Below, in pieces: positions 39,988-49,049 of a DNA stretch of 64,000 nt (positions are counted from its first letter, which is position 1; each line of letters opens with the position of its first letter). The position numbers and the translations under genes were made by a program. A model generated the notes under the pieces. That model had not been told where the DNA came from, did not search any database, and saw only the letters and a list, made by a program, of their open reading frames with translations. Source of the DNA: Alphaproteobacteria bacterium (GTDB lineage: Bacteria > Pseudomonadota > Alphaproteobacteria > SHVV01). The DNA lies in the NCBI GenBank assembly GCA_965261735.1, contig OZ253470.1:2560001-2624000 (forward strand), read 5' to 3'.

Positions 39988-41195
39988 TATTCATGCGCCC
40001 GGACCATCGACACGACACACCCGGTGCCGCCTTCCAGATAGCCCGCCCATTGGTCCATGAGCCTGCGGCGGCGCTCGAACAGGTCCGTCCGGTTGTAGGC
40101 TCGCTCCACTTTGTTGCGGACGGTATGCGCCAGCGCCGCCTCCGCGACAGCAGGGGGAGCGTTGGCCCGTTCCGCCGCCCAATCGCGGAAGCTCGATCGG
40201 AAGCCATGCGGCACGGCTTCGATGTTCAGGTCGCGCATAAGCTTCGATAGCGTCAGGTCCGCAAGCGGTTTGCCGGCCCGTGTGCCGGGGAAGACAAGAC
40301 CGCTCGCGGCTTCCAGCGCCCTCGCTTCGGCGAGAATCTGCACGGCACGGGCGCACAGCGGGACCCGGTGTTCCTGCTTTGCCTTCATCCGCTCAGCCGG
40401 AACTGTCCAGGTGCGTGCATCAGTGTCGATTTCTTCCCAAGTCGCAAGCCGGACTTCGCCCGAGCGCGCGGCTGTCAAAACCAGAAACTCGAACGCCAGC
40501 TTGACAGCCATCCCGGCACCGGACCCCCGCACCGCCTCGATGGCGTCTGCAACCTTGGCATGGAGCAACGCCGCGTGATGGCGCTTGCCGTTGTCGGTCT
40601 TCGGCAGGGCCGCGCCGAGGGCCTCTCCTGCCGGATTATCGGTCCGGTGGCCTTGCGCGATGGCCCATTTCATGATCGTGCCGATCCGCTGGCGGACGCG
40701 CCTCGCGGTTTCCGGCTTTTCGGTCCAGATGGGTAGGAGAGCCGCCATCACGTCCTTGGTGTCGATGTCCGAGACCGGACGCTTGCCCAAGCGAGGGAAG
40801 GCATACTCGCGAAGCGTCGAGTCCCACTGTGCTGCGTGCTTCGCATTGCGCCAGCCTGACCGATGGATCGCGATCACGGTCCGTGCCGCTTCCTCGAAGG
40901 TAGGCACCTCGGACTTGCGCTTGTGAGCCAGCGGATCGCCACCCTGCCGGGCGAGTTTCCGATTATGAAAGGCTGCCTCTCGGGCTTCGGCCAGTGACAC
41001 CAGCGGGAAGCCGCCCAGGCCAAGCTCGCGCCGGCGTCCCCGGATGACTAGACGCTGCACCCACTGCCGCGAGCCGGAAGGCTGCACCGCGAGATAGAGC
41101 CCGTTGTCGTCGCAGTAGAGCTTCGTTCGGGTTTCCGGCTTCACGGTCTCGACGAAACGGGCCGAGAGCCCGCGTTTGAGCTTTCGCTCTGTCAA
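39987..41195 (-). CDS. P4-like tyrosine integrase with arm-binding domain
   Basis: GLYLAV...LGGFPLVSLAEAR arm domain; AARSGE, MKAK, HGFR, LAH, AY catalytic residues. Confidence 0.95.
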   Translation of the reverse strand: MTERKLKRGLSARFVETVKPETRTKLYCDDNGLYLAVQPSGSRQWVQRLVIRGRRRELGLGGFPLVSLAEAREAAFHNRKLARQGGDPLAHKRKSEVPTFEEAARTVIAIHRSGWRNAKHAAQWDSTLREYAFPRLGKRPVSDIDTKDVMAALLPIWTEKPETARRVRQRIGTIMKWAIAQGHRTDNPAGEALGAALPKTDNGKRHHAALLHAKVADAIEAVRGSGAGMAVKLAFEFLVLTAARSGEVRLATWEEIDTDARTWTVPAERMKAKQEHRVPLCARAVQILAEARALEAASGLVFPGTRAGKPLADLTLSKLMRDLNIEAVPHGFRSSFRDWAAERANAPPAVAEAALAHTVRNKVERAYNRTDLFERRRRLMDQWAGYLEGGTGCVVSMVRAHE

Positions 41196-41278
41196 TGTCC
41201 GTCTCCACCATTATACCCATCTTATTTGATGGGAACGTACAGGAACGGAGAGGGCCGGTCAAGAACGATGGAAACATT

Positions 41279-41291
41279 CAACATATTGATA
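41279..41291 (-). promoter_or_regulatory. IHF-like binding site in att arm
   Basis: CAACATATTGATA matches YAANNNNTTGATW, in an AT-rich arm. Confidence 0.6.
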
Positions 41292-41343
41292 TTTATATAT
41301 TAAATTGAATATATGAGAATTGTTGAGAATGGTAATAGGCGGA

Positions 41344-41357
41344 GAACCACTCCGCCA
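41344..41357 (+). repeat. att core, right copy
   Basis: GAACCACTCCGCCA within dyad GGCGGAG-AACCA-CTCCGCC (41338-41356). Confidence 0.9.
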
Positions 41358-41421
41358 GCGTATCCACGGCCCCAGGTGCTTCGAGCAGATGGACGATGCC
41401 AAGGTCGTGCGCAAGGGTCAC
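41344..41421 (-). pseudogene. 5' part of the split GNAT gene
   Basis: GTG start 17 nt after the hslU stop; MTLAHDLGIVHLLEAPGAVDTLAEWF joins in frame to ADEWAPWYG at 17997. Confidence 0.82.
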
Positions 41422-41438
41422 GCCTTCGCCGGATCCCC

Positions 41439-42749
41439 TTACAGGATGAAGCGGCTGAGGTCGGCGTCCTTGACCAGGTCGCCGACGCGCATCCGCACGT
41501 AGGCGGAATCGATGGTGATGGTGGTGCCGGGCTGGTCGCTGGCGGTGAAGCTGATCTCGTCGAGCAGGCGCTCCATCACCGTGTGCAGCCGGCGTGCGCC
41601 GATGTTCTCGATACCGGCGTTGACCTCGGCGGCCAGGTTCGCGATCTCCTCGACCGCATCGTCGGTGAACGCCAGCGTCACGCTCTCGGTCCCCATTAGC
41701 GCGATGTACTGGGTGATCAGGCTCGCCTCGGGCTCGGTCAGGATGCGCTTGAAGTCCTCGCGCGTCAGCGCCTGGAGCTCGACCCGGATGGGCAGCCGGC
41801 CCTGGAGCTCGGGCAACAGGTCGGAGGGCTTGGCGAGGTGGAAGGCGCCGCTCGCAATGAACAGGATGTGGTCGGTCTTGACCGTCCCGTGCTTGGTGCT
41901 CACGGTGGTGCCCTCGATGAGCGGCAGCAGGTCGCGCTGCACGCCCTCGCGGCTCACGTCGGCGCCGCCGCGCTCCTGGCGCGCGGTGATCTTGTCGATC
42001 TCGTCGAGGAAGACGATGCCGTCCTGCTCGACGCTGTCGATCGCTTCCTTGACCAGCTTGTCGGGGTCGAGAAGCTTGTCGCTCTCGTCAGCCAGGAGCG
42101 CCTCGTAGGACTCGGCGACCGTCAGGCGCCGCTTGTGCGTGCGCCCGCCGAACGCCTTGCCGAGCATCTCGTTGATGTTGATCATGCCCATCTGCGCCCC
42201 CGGCATGCCGGGGATGTCGAACGTCGGCATGCCCCCGCCACCCGAATCGGCGACCTCGATTTCGATCTCCTTGGAATCGAGCTCGCCCTCGCGCAGCATC
42301 TTGCGGAATTTGGTCCGCGTCTCGGCGCCCGACTGCGCACCGACCAGTGCATCGAGGACCCGCTCCTCGGCGTTGAGCTCCGCCTTGGCGGCGACCTCTT
42401 GTCGGCTGCGCTCGCGCACCATGGTGATGGCGATCTCGACGAGGTCGCGCACGATCTGCTCGACGTCGCGGCCGACGTAGCCGACCTCGGTGAACTTGGT
42501 CGCCTCGACCTTGAGGAACGGCGCCTGAGCGAGGCGCGCGAGCCGGCGCGAGATCTCCGTCTTGCCGACGCCCGTGGGGCCGATCATCAGGATGTTCTTG
42601 GGCAGCACCTCCTCGCGCAGGTCCCCGCTCAGCCGTTGGCGCCGCCAGCGGTTGCGCAGCGCGATGGCGACCGCGCGCTTGGCGTCGTGCTGGCCGACGA
42701 TGTAGCGGTCGAGCTCGGAAACGATCTCGCGCGGGCTGAAGGAGGTCAT
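41439..42749 (-). CDS. hslU: ATP-dependent protease ATPase subunit HslU
   Basis: [38 protein letters not shown]. Confidence 0.97.
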   Translation of the reverse strand: MTSFSPREIVSELDRYIVGQHDAKRAVAIALRNRWRRQRLSGDLREEVLPKNILMIGPTGVGKTEISRRLARLAQAPFLKVEATKFTEVGYVGRDVEQIVRDLVEIAITMVRERSRQEVAAKAELNAEERVLDALVGAQSGAETRTKFRKMLREGELDSKEIEIEVADSGGGGMPTFDIPGMPGAQMGMININEMLGKAFGGRTHKRRLTVAESYEALLADESDKLLDPDKLVKEAIDSVEQDGIVFLDEIDKITARQERGGADVSREGVQRDLLPLIEGTTVSTKHGTVKTDHILFIASGAFHLAKPSDLLPELQGRLPIRVELQALTREDFKRILTEPEASLITQYIALMGTESVTLAFTDDAVEEIANLAAEVNAGIENIGARRLHTVMERLLDEISFTASDQPGTTITIDSAYVRMRVGDLVKDADLSRFIL

Positions 42750-42781
42750 GGGCGGCGTGGCGGCGGCAAGAGGGGGGAGCG

Positions 42782-43318
42782 TTAGAGGCTCTCGAGCGTG
42801 ACGTCGGTGTTGGTATAGACGCAAATGTCGGCGGCGATCGCCATGGCCCGGCGGGCTACCGCCTCGGCGTCCATGTCGTCGCGGTCGACCAGCGCCCGGG
42901 CCGCGGCCAAAGCGTAGTTGCCGCCCGAGCCGATGCCGATGAGGCCGTCGTCGGGCTCGAGCACGTCGCCGGTGCCCGACAGCAGGAGACTGACCTTCGA
43001 ATCGGCCACCGCCATCATCGCCTCGAGGCGGCGCAGGTAGCGGTCGGTGCGCCAGTCCTTGGCGAGCTCGACGCAAGCGCGGGTGAGCTGCCCGGCGTGC
43101 TTCTCGAGCTTGCCCTCGAGGCGCTCGAACAGGGTGAAGGCGTCCGCCGTGGCGCCGGCGAAGCCGCCGATCACGGCGCCGTCGGTGAGGCGGCGCACCT
43201 TGCGCGCGCGTGCCTTGATGATGGTCTGCCCGACCGTCACCTGACCGTCCCCGGCGATGACCACATGGCCGTTCTTGCGCACCGAAAGGATGGTCGTGCC
43301 GTGCCAGGGCTGGCTCAT
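42782..43318 (-). CDS. hslV: ATP-dependent protease subunit HslV
   Basis: [35 protein letters not shown]. Confidence 0.97.
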   Translation of the reverse strand: MSQPWHGTTILSVRKNGHVVIAGDGQVTVGQTIIKARARKVRRLTDGAVIGGFAGATADAFTLFERLEGKLEKHAGQLTRACVELAKDWRTDRYLRRLEAMMAVADSKVSLLLSGTGDVLEPDDGLIGIGSGGNYALAAARALVDRDDMDAEAVARRAMAIAADICVYTNTDVTLESL

Positions 43319-43388
43319 CGTCGGACGCCTCATTGCGAGACAAAGCCGGGGAGACGCTGCGTCGAAGGGCCGCCTCCCCGGTGCTCAC

Positions 43389-43418
43389 CATGTGGCGATT
43401 CGTCGCGCAGGGTCAAGG
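43389..43418 (-). promoter_or_regulatory. RpoH (sigma32)-like promoter of hslVU
   Basis: minus strand CTTGAC-N16-CCACAT resembles the alphaproteobacterial RpoH consensus. Confidence 0.55.
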
Positions 43419-43519
43419 GCGGTGGATCAGACGCAGGCCGTCGCGACGGGTCGGACTGGCGCGCCGCGGTCCTTCTTGCTATATGGGCGCGCGAGTCGGC
43501 CGTTTGTCCGGGCAACCTC

Positions 43520-44122
43520 ATGCGAAGCGTCACCGTTGAACGCAAGACCCGGGAGACCGAGGTCAAGGTGTCGGTTAATCTCGACGGCACCGGGCGCTAC
43601 GACGTGAGCACCGGCATCGGCTTTCTCAACCACATGCTCGAGCAGCTCGCCCGCCATTCGCTCATCGATCTCGAGGTGCGCTCAAAAGGCGACCTGCACG
43701 TCGATTTCCATCACACCAACGAGGACACGGCGATCGCGCTCGGCGAGGCGGTGAGCCAGGCGCTCGGCGAGCGCGCCGGCATTAGGCGCTATGGCAGCGC
43801 CATGATTCCGATGGACGAGACGCTGACCCGAGTCGCCCTCGACATCTCCAACCGGCCCTACCTCATCTGGAAGGTGGCCTTCACCCGGCCCAAGCTCGGC
43901 GACATGGATACGGAATTGTTCAAGGAGTGGTTTCAGGCCTTCGCCCAAGCCGCCGGCATCACCCTGCACGTCGAGAACCTCTATGGCCTCAACAGCCACC
44001 ACATGGTCGAGTCCTGCTTCAAGGGGCTGGCGCGCAGCCTGCGCGAGGCCGTGGAGATCGACCCGCGCGGCGCCGGCGCGGTGCCCTCGACCAAGGGCGT
44101 GCTCGGCGGCTCGCTACCCTAA
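43520..44122 (+). CDS. hisB: imidazoleglycerol-phosphate dehydratase
   Basis: [36 protein letters not shown]. Confidence 0.96.
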   Translation: MRSVTVERKTRETEVKVSVNLDGTGRYDVSTGIGFLNHMLEQLARHSLIDLEVRSKGDLHVDFHHTNEDTAIALGEAVSQALGERAGIRRYGSAMIPMDETLTRVALDISNRPYLIWKVAFTRPKLGDMDTELFKEWFQAFAQAAGITLHVENLYGLNSHHMVESCFKGLARSLREAVEIDPRGAGAVPSTKGVLGGSLP

Positions 44123-44130
44123 CGCCGCCG

Positions 44131-44550
44131 ATGCGCATCTACACCGTGCACGAATCGCCCTTCTGGGCGCTCGCCGAGGAGGCCGTCCCGGGTGCCGACG
44201 TGGTCCTCATTGCCGAGGGTTTCTGCTGGCCCGCGGCGCTGTTCACGGTGCTGTGGGCGGCGTGGCATCGGCTATGGCTGGTGGCGCTCGCGATCCTCGG
44301 GGCCGGCGCCGCGCTCGATGCCGCCTCGGCTCTGGTGCCAATCGGCGACGCGGCGCGCACGGTGCTCGGGCTGGCGGTCCTGCTGTTCATCGGCTTCGAG
44401 GCCAACGACTGGCGCCGCTGGACGTTGGAGCGACGCGGCTGGCGCACCGTCGGCATCGTTGCCGGCCGCTCGCGGAGTGAGGCCGAGCACCGGTTCTTCA
44501 CCCTGCCCGGCCGCGCCACGATGCTCGCACCAACGCCCAAGCCGGCCTGA
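44131..44550 (+). CDS. DUF2628-like membrane protein
   Basis: MRIYTVH, EGFCWPAALF...WHRLW, AEHRFF; typical hisB-hisH spacer gene. Confidence 0.8.
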   Translation: MRIYTVHESPFWALAEEAVPGADVVLIAEGFCWPAALFTVLWAAWHRLWLVALAILGAGAALDAASALVPIGDAARTVLGLAVLLFIGFEANDWRRWTLERRGWRTVGIVAGRSRSEAEHRFFTLPGRATMLAPTPKPA

Positions 44551-44600
44551 GAAATCCTTTGATGCGGCTCGCGCGGGCGCGCGGGCCGTCGCCATAAGAC

Positions 44601-45275
44601 ATGGTCACACACGTCGCCATCATCGACTACGGCTCGGGCAATTTGCGCTCGGCGGCCAAGGCGTTCGAGCGCGCGGGCCGTGAGGCCGGCGCCGCATGCA
44701 CGGTCGCCGTCACCGCGGAGGCACGCAGCGTGCGTGAGGCGAGCCACATCGTGTTGCCCGGCGTCGGCGCCTTCGCCGCTTGCATGCAGGGCCTGAGCGC
44801 GCTTCCCGGTATCGTCGAGGCGCTGGACGAGGCCGTGTGCCGGCGCGGCCGGCCGTTCCTCGGCATCTGCGTCGGCATGCAGCTGATGGCCACGCGCGGG
44901 CTCGAGCACGGTTCGCATGAGGGGCTGGGCTGGATCGCCGGTGACGTCGCGCCGCTCGCGGCCGCATCGGCCGCCGCCGCGGCCGATGCGGGCCCGCCCG
45001 GCCTGCGCATCCCCCACATGGGCTGGAACGAGCTCGATATCATCGCCAGTCACCCGCTGCTCGATGGTATCGCGCCCGGCAGCCACGCCTATTTCGTGCA
45101 CTCCTACGCGCTCGCCTGTGCCGATCAGGGAGACGTGCTGGCGCGCACCGACTATGGCGGGCCCCTGACGGCGGCCGTGGGCCGTGCTAACGTGGCGGGA
45201 ACTCAGTTCCATCCCGAGAAAAGCCAGGCGACGGGCCTGCGATTGATTGCCAACTTCCTGGGCTGGCGACCGTAA
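44601..45275 (+). CDS. hisH: imidazole glycerol phosphate synthase glutaminase subunit
   Basis: [34 protein letters not shown]. Confidence 0.96.
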   Translation: MVTHVAIIDYGSGNLRSAAKAFERAGREAGAACTVAVTAEARSVREASHIVLPGVGAFAACMQGLSALPGIVEALDEAVCRRGRPFLGICVGMQLMATRGLEHGSHEGLGWIAGDVAPLAAASAAAAADAGPPGLRIPHMGWNELDIIASHPLLDGIAPGSHAYFVHSYALACADQGDVLARTDYGGPLTAAVGRANVAGTQFHPEKSQATGLRLIANFLGWRP

Positions 45276-45787
45276 TGCAAACAGATGTCGAGCGCTTGAC
45301 CGACTTCCGCGCGGGCGATCTCGAGGGCCTGTGCGAAGCGACCGACGAGGCGATCTCGGACGGTCTCGGCTTCGATTGGGTCGAGGTGCCCTCGCGCCAA
45401 GTGCTCGAGGCCTATTGGCGCGGCGTCCTTCTCGTGCCCGATCGCGAGCTCTTCGTGGCCCGCCTCGATGGCGCGGTTGCCGGCACCTCGCAGCTCGTCA
45501 AGCCGCCGGCCAACAACCAGGCGGGCGCCTTCAACGCCACCATCACCGCCTTCTTCGTCGCCCCATGGGCACGCGGTCACGGCCTGGCGCGCCGCCTCCT
45601 CGAGGAGGTCATCGCGTTCGCCCGTGCCGAGGGCTTCGAGATGCTCAGCCTCGACGTGCGCGAAACCCAGCAGGCGGCGATCAGCCTCTACGAGAACGCC
45701 GGGTTCGCGCGCTGGGGCACCAAGCCCAAGTACGCGCTGGCCAACGGCCGCTTCGTCGCCGGGCACTTCTACACCAAGGACCTGTAG
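45275..45787 (+). CDS. GNAT family N-acetyltransferase
   Basis: [22 protein letters not shown]. Confidence 0.88.
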   Translation: MQTDVERLTDFRAGDLEGLCEATDEAISDGLGFDWVEVPSRQVLEAYWRGVLLVPDRELFVARLDGAVAGTSQLVKPPANNQAGAFNATITAFFVAPWARGHGLARRLLEEVIAFARAEGFEMLSLDVRETQQAAISLYENAGFARWGTKPKYALANGRFVAGHFYTKDL

Positions 45788-45799
45788 CCGCCGCCGGCC

Positions 45800-46537
45800 A
45801 TGATCCTGTACCCCGCCATCGACCTCAAGGATGGCGCCTGTGTCCGACTCCTCCGCGGCGCGATGGACCGGGCGACGCGCTTCAACGACGACCCGGCGGG
45901 CCAGGCCGAGACGTTCGCGAGTGCGGGCGCGGCATGGCTCCACGTGGTCGACCTCGATGGCGCGGTTGCCGGCCGGTCGATGAACGAAGCCGCGATCGGC
46001 GCGATCCTGGACGTGGTCGACATCCCGGTGCAGCTCGGCGGCGGTATACGCGAGCTCGCCAGCATCGAGGCCTGGCTCGCGCGCGGCGTGGCCCGTGTCA
46101 TTCTCGGCACCGTGGCGATCACCGATCCGGAGCTCGTGGACACCGCCTGCGCCCGTTTCCCCGGCCGCATCGCGGTCGCCATCGACGCGCGCGCGGGCCG
46201 GGCCGCGCGCGACGGCTGGACCGAAACCTCGACCCTCGCGCCCGCCGACCTCGCCAAGCGCGCCGAGGAAGCCGGCGCCGCCGCGATCATCTACACCGAC
46301 ATCGAACGCGACGGCGCGATGACCGGCGTCAACGTGGGCGCAACGGCGGCACTCGCCGAACCTCTGTCGACGCCCGTGATCGCCTCTGGCGGCGTCGCCG
46401 CGCTCGACGACTTGCGAGCGCTCAAGCGAGTCGAGTCGGCGGGTATAGAGGGCGTGATCTGCGGCCGCGCCCTTTATGCCGGCGGTCTCGATCTCGGCGA
46501 GGCACTGCGCCTCCTTGCCGGCGACGAGTCATGCTGA
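45800..46537 (+). CDS. hisA: ProFAR isomerase HisA
   Basis: [31 protein letters not shown]. Confidence 0.96.
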   Translation: MILYPAIDLKDGACVRLLRGAMDRATRFNDDPAGQAETFASAGAAWLHVVDLDGAVAGRSMNEAAIGAILDVVDIPVQLGGGIRELASIEAWLARGVARVILGTVAITDPELVDTACARFPGRIAVAIDARAGRAARDGWTETSTLAPADLAKRAEEAGAAAIIYTDIERDGAMTGVNVGATAALAEPLSTPVIASGGVAALDDLRALKRVESAGIEGVICGRALYAGGLDLGEALRLLAGDESC

Positions 46538-47286
46538 AGGCCCGCATCATCCCCTGCCTCGACGTGAAGGACGGCCGCGTCGTCAAGGGCGTCAACTTCG
46601 TCAACCTGGTGGACGCCGGCGATCCCGTCGAGCAGGCGCGGCTCTACGACGGCCAGGGTGCGGACGAGCTGTGCTTCCTCGACATCACCGCGAGCTATGA
46701 GCGGCGCGACACGCTCTACGACGTCGTGCGCCGGACGGCCGAGCAGTGCTTCATGCCGCTCACCGTGGGCGGCGGCGTGCGCACCCCGGACGACGTGCGC
46801 AAGCTGCTGCTGGCCGGCGCCGACAAGGTCTCGATCAACACCGCCGCCGTGGCGAATCCTACGTTCGTGGGCGAGGCGGCGGAGCGCTTCGGCAGCCAGT
46901 GCATCGTCGTCGCGGTCGATGCCAAGGCGGCCGGGCAGGGCTGGCAGATCTTCACGCACGGCGGCCGGCGCGCGACCGGGATCGATGCGCTTGAGTGGGT
47001 GCGGCGCATGGCGGATTTGGGCGCCGGCGAAATCCTGCTCACCTCGATGGACCGCGACGGCACCCGCCAGGGCTACGACATCGCGCTCACGCGCGCGGTT
47101 GCCGACTCGATCACCATACCGGTCATCGCCTCGGGCGGCGTCGGTACCCTCGATCACCTGGTCGCCGGCGTCGCCGAGGGCCACGCGAGCGGCCTGCTCG
47201 CGGCCTCGATCTTCCACTTCGGCGAGTTCTCCATCGCAGAGGCCAAGTCCCGCATGAAAGCCGCCGGCGTCCCGGTGCGGGACTAG
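46531..47286 (+). CDS. hisF: imidazole glycerol phosphate synthase cyclase subunit
   Basis: [31 protein letters not shown]. Confidence 0.97.
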   Translation: MLKARIIPCLDVKDGRVVKGVNFVNLVDAGDPVEQARLYDGQGADELCFLDITASYERRDTLYDVVRRTAEQCFMPLTVGGGVRTPDDVRKLLLAGADKVSINTAAVANPTFVGEAAERFGSQCIVVAVDAKAAGQGWQIFTHGGRRATGIDALEWVRRMADLGAGEILLTSMDRDGTRQGYDIALTRAVADSITIPVIASGGVGTLDHLVAGVAEGHASGLLAASIFHFGEFSIAEAKSRMKAAGVPVRD

Positions 47287-47334
47287 GCGATGGGGCCCGG
47301 ATGACATCACCGGAGAAATCTGTTAGGCGAGGCC

Positions 47335-47706
47335 ATGGCTGATTCGAAGGATGCGGGGGGCGGCGAGGGGGCGGTCATCGAGCGCCTGTTCGCCGTTATC
47401 GAGAGCCGGCGCGGTGGTGATCCGGCGCGCTCGTATGTTGCCGGCCTGCTTCAAGCGGGGACCGCGCAGATCGCCAAGAAGCTAGGCGAGGAGGCGATGG
47501 AAACGGCGATCGCGGCCCTTGAAGAGGAGCCCGCCGCCGTGGTGCGCGAGGGCGCGGACCTCGTCTTTCATCTCCTCGTGCTGCTCGCGGATGCCGGCGC
47601 CACACCGGCCGATCTCTATGCCGAGCTCGCGCGCCGCGAGGGTGTCTCCGGCATCGATGAGAAGGCGGCCCGCCCCGGCGGGCAGGGTGCAGACGAGCAG
47701 TCTTGA
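47335..47706 (+). CDS. hisE: phosphoribosyl-ATP pyrophosphatase
   Basis: SYVA, KKLGEEAME, EGADLVFH, REGVSGI. Confidence 0.93.
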   Translation: MADSKDAGGGEGAVIERLFAVIESRRGGDPARSYVAGLLQAGTAQIAKKLGEEAMETAIAALEEEPAAVVREGADLVFHLLVLLADAGATPADLYAELARREGVSGIDEKAARPGGQGADEQS

Positions 47707-47715
47707 GAGGGCGCC

Positions 47716-48084
47716 ATGGCCTATGATCCCGACAACGTATTCGCCAAGATCCTGCGCGGCGAAATCCCCTGCAATAAGGTCTATGAGGACGACTACGCCC
47801 TCGCCTTTCACGACATCAACCCGCAGGCGCCCGTGCACGTGCAGGTCATTCCCAAGGGCGCGTACATCTCGCTCGACGACTTCACGCAGAAGGCGCCGCC
47901 CGACGAGGTTGCCGGCTTCTTCGCCGCGGTGGGGCATGTGGCGCGCGCGCTCGGCGTCGTCGAGTCGGGATACCGCATCCTCGCCAACCACGGCGCCGAC
48001 GCCATGCAGGAGATTTTTCACTTCCACGTCCACATCTTCGCCGGTCGTCCCCTCGGCGGCATGTTGAAGCGCCCCTCGGCTTGA
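47716..48084 (+). CDS. histidine triad (HIT) nucleotide-binding protein
   Basis: FAKILRGEIP, HFHVHI triad. Confidence 0.94.
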   Translation: MAYDPDNVFAKILRGEIPCNKVYEDDYALAFHDINPQAPVHVQVIPKGAYISLDDFTQKAPPDEVAGFFAAVGHVARALGVVESGYRILANHGADAMQEIFHFHVHIFAGRPLGGMLKRPSA

Positions 48085-48088
48085 GCGC

Positions 48089-49036
48089 ATGAACGCCGGC
48101 GCGCCCGACCCCGGCGCTCCCGGCCCGGGCGCCGCCGGTGCCATTGCGCTCATCGTCCTCGCCCAGCTCGTGCTCGCGAGCAAGGGCATCTTCGCCAAGG
48201 TGCTCTACGCCGAGGGCGTCGGCGTGGTGACGCTGATCGCGCTGCGTGGTGCCATCGCCCTGCCGCTATTCTGGGCCTTCGCGCTGTGGCGCCTGGGCGG
48301 GCGGGCGCTGATCGAGGTCAGCCCGCGCGCGGTCGCGGGCTCTGCCGCCGCCGGCTTCGTCTGCTACTACATCGGCTCGTACCTCGATTTCACGGCGCTC
48401 GAGCTCATCGATGCGAGCCTCGAGCGCGTCCTGCTCTACAGCTTTCCTGCCATCGTGGTGCTGATCGAGGCGGCGCGCCGGAAGACGCTGCCGGCCGCGC
48501 GGCAATGGGTCGCTCTCGTGCTCGCCTACGCCGGCATCGTCCTCGTCATGGGTGGCTTCGATGTCGGGCTGTTGGCGGCCAACCTGGTGGGCGCAGCCCT
48601 CGTCCTTATCTGCGCCGTCACCTTTGCCGCCTACTTTCTCGCCGGCCAGGCGATCAGCCCGCGCATCGGCAGCATCCGCTTCACCGTCTATGCGCACACC
48701 GCCGCGGCCGCGGGCCTCGGGGCCCACTTCGCCGTCACCGCGGTGCCGGGTGCGCTCACCCTGTCGGCGACGGCGTGGGCCATTGTCCTTTTCATGGCGA
48801 CGGTCGGGACCGTGATCCCGTTCTTCATGCTGTCCGAGGGCATCAGGCGCATTGGGGCATCGCGCGCGGCGCTGATCAGCACCGTCGGCCCGCCAGCGAC
48901 GATCGTCATGGCCTACGCGTTTCTCGGCGAGGTGATGACGCCGGTGCAGCTCGCGGGCGCGTCGAGCGTGGTGATCGGCGTTATCGCGCTCGAGGCGCGC
49001 CTGCCCCGGCTCGCGCCGCGCGGCCGCGCCGCGTAA
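48089..49036 (+). CDS. DMT/EamA family transporter
   Basis: about 10 TM segments, two EamA repeats, FLGE motif. Confidence 0.88.
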   Translation: MNAGAPDPGAPGPGAAGAIALIVLAQLVLASKGIFAKVLYAEGVGVVTLIALRGAIALPLFWAFALWRLGGRALIEVSPRAVAGSAAAGFVCYYIGSYLDFTALELIDASLERVLLYSFPAIVVLIEAARRKTLPAARQWVALVLAYAGIVLVMGGFDVGLLAANLVGAALVLICAVTFAAYFLAGQAISPRIGSIRFTVYAHTAAAAGLGAHFAVTAVPGALTLSATAWAIVLFMATVGTVIPFFMLSEGIRRIGASRAALISTVGPPATIVMAYAFLGEVMTPVQLAGASSVVIGVIALEARLPRLAPRGRAA

Positions 49037-49049
49037 GCCCAGGCTTGGA

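Larger units (their letters stand above)
17998..41357. mobile_element. integrative satellite-like genomic island (~23.3 kb)
   Basis: 14-bp direct repeat GAACCACTCCGCCA at 17998-18011 and 41344-41357; tyrosine integrase, AlpA and primase at one end; host GNAT gene split at the repeat. Confidence 0.92.

Noticed and set aside
41233-41246. LexA box upstream of the integrase
   Set aside because: GAAC-GTACAG-GAAC has a 6-nt spacer, not the required 7.
41338-41438. tRNA gene at the att site
   Set aside because: The core ends in CCA, but no cloverleaf or T-loop is visible at either att copy; the flanks translate as GNAT coding sequence.
42750-43391. 650-aa HslU with a long N-terminal extension
   Set aside because: The extension is an alternate frame over hslV; conserved HslU starts at 42749.
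45247-46530. 679-aa HisF fusion
   Set aside because: The upstream part is an Arg-rich shadow frame over the GNAT gene and hisA.
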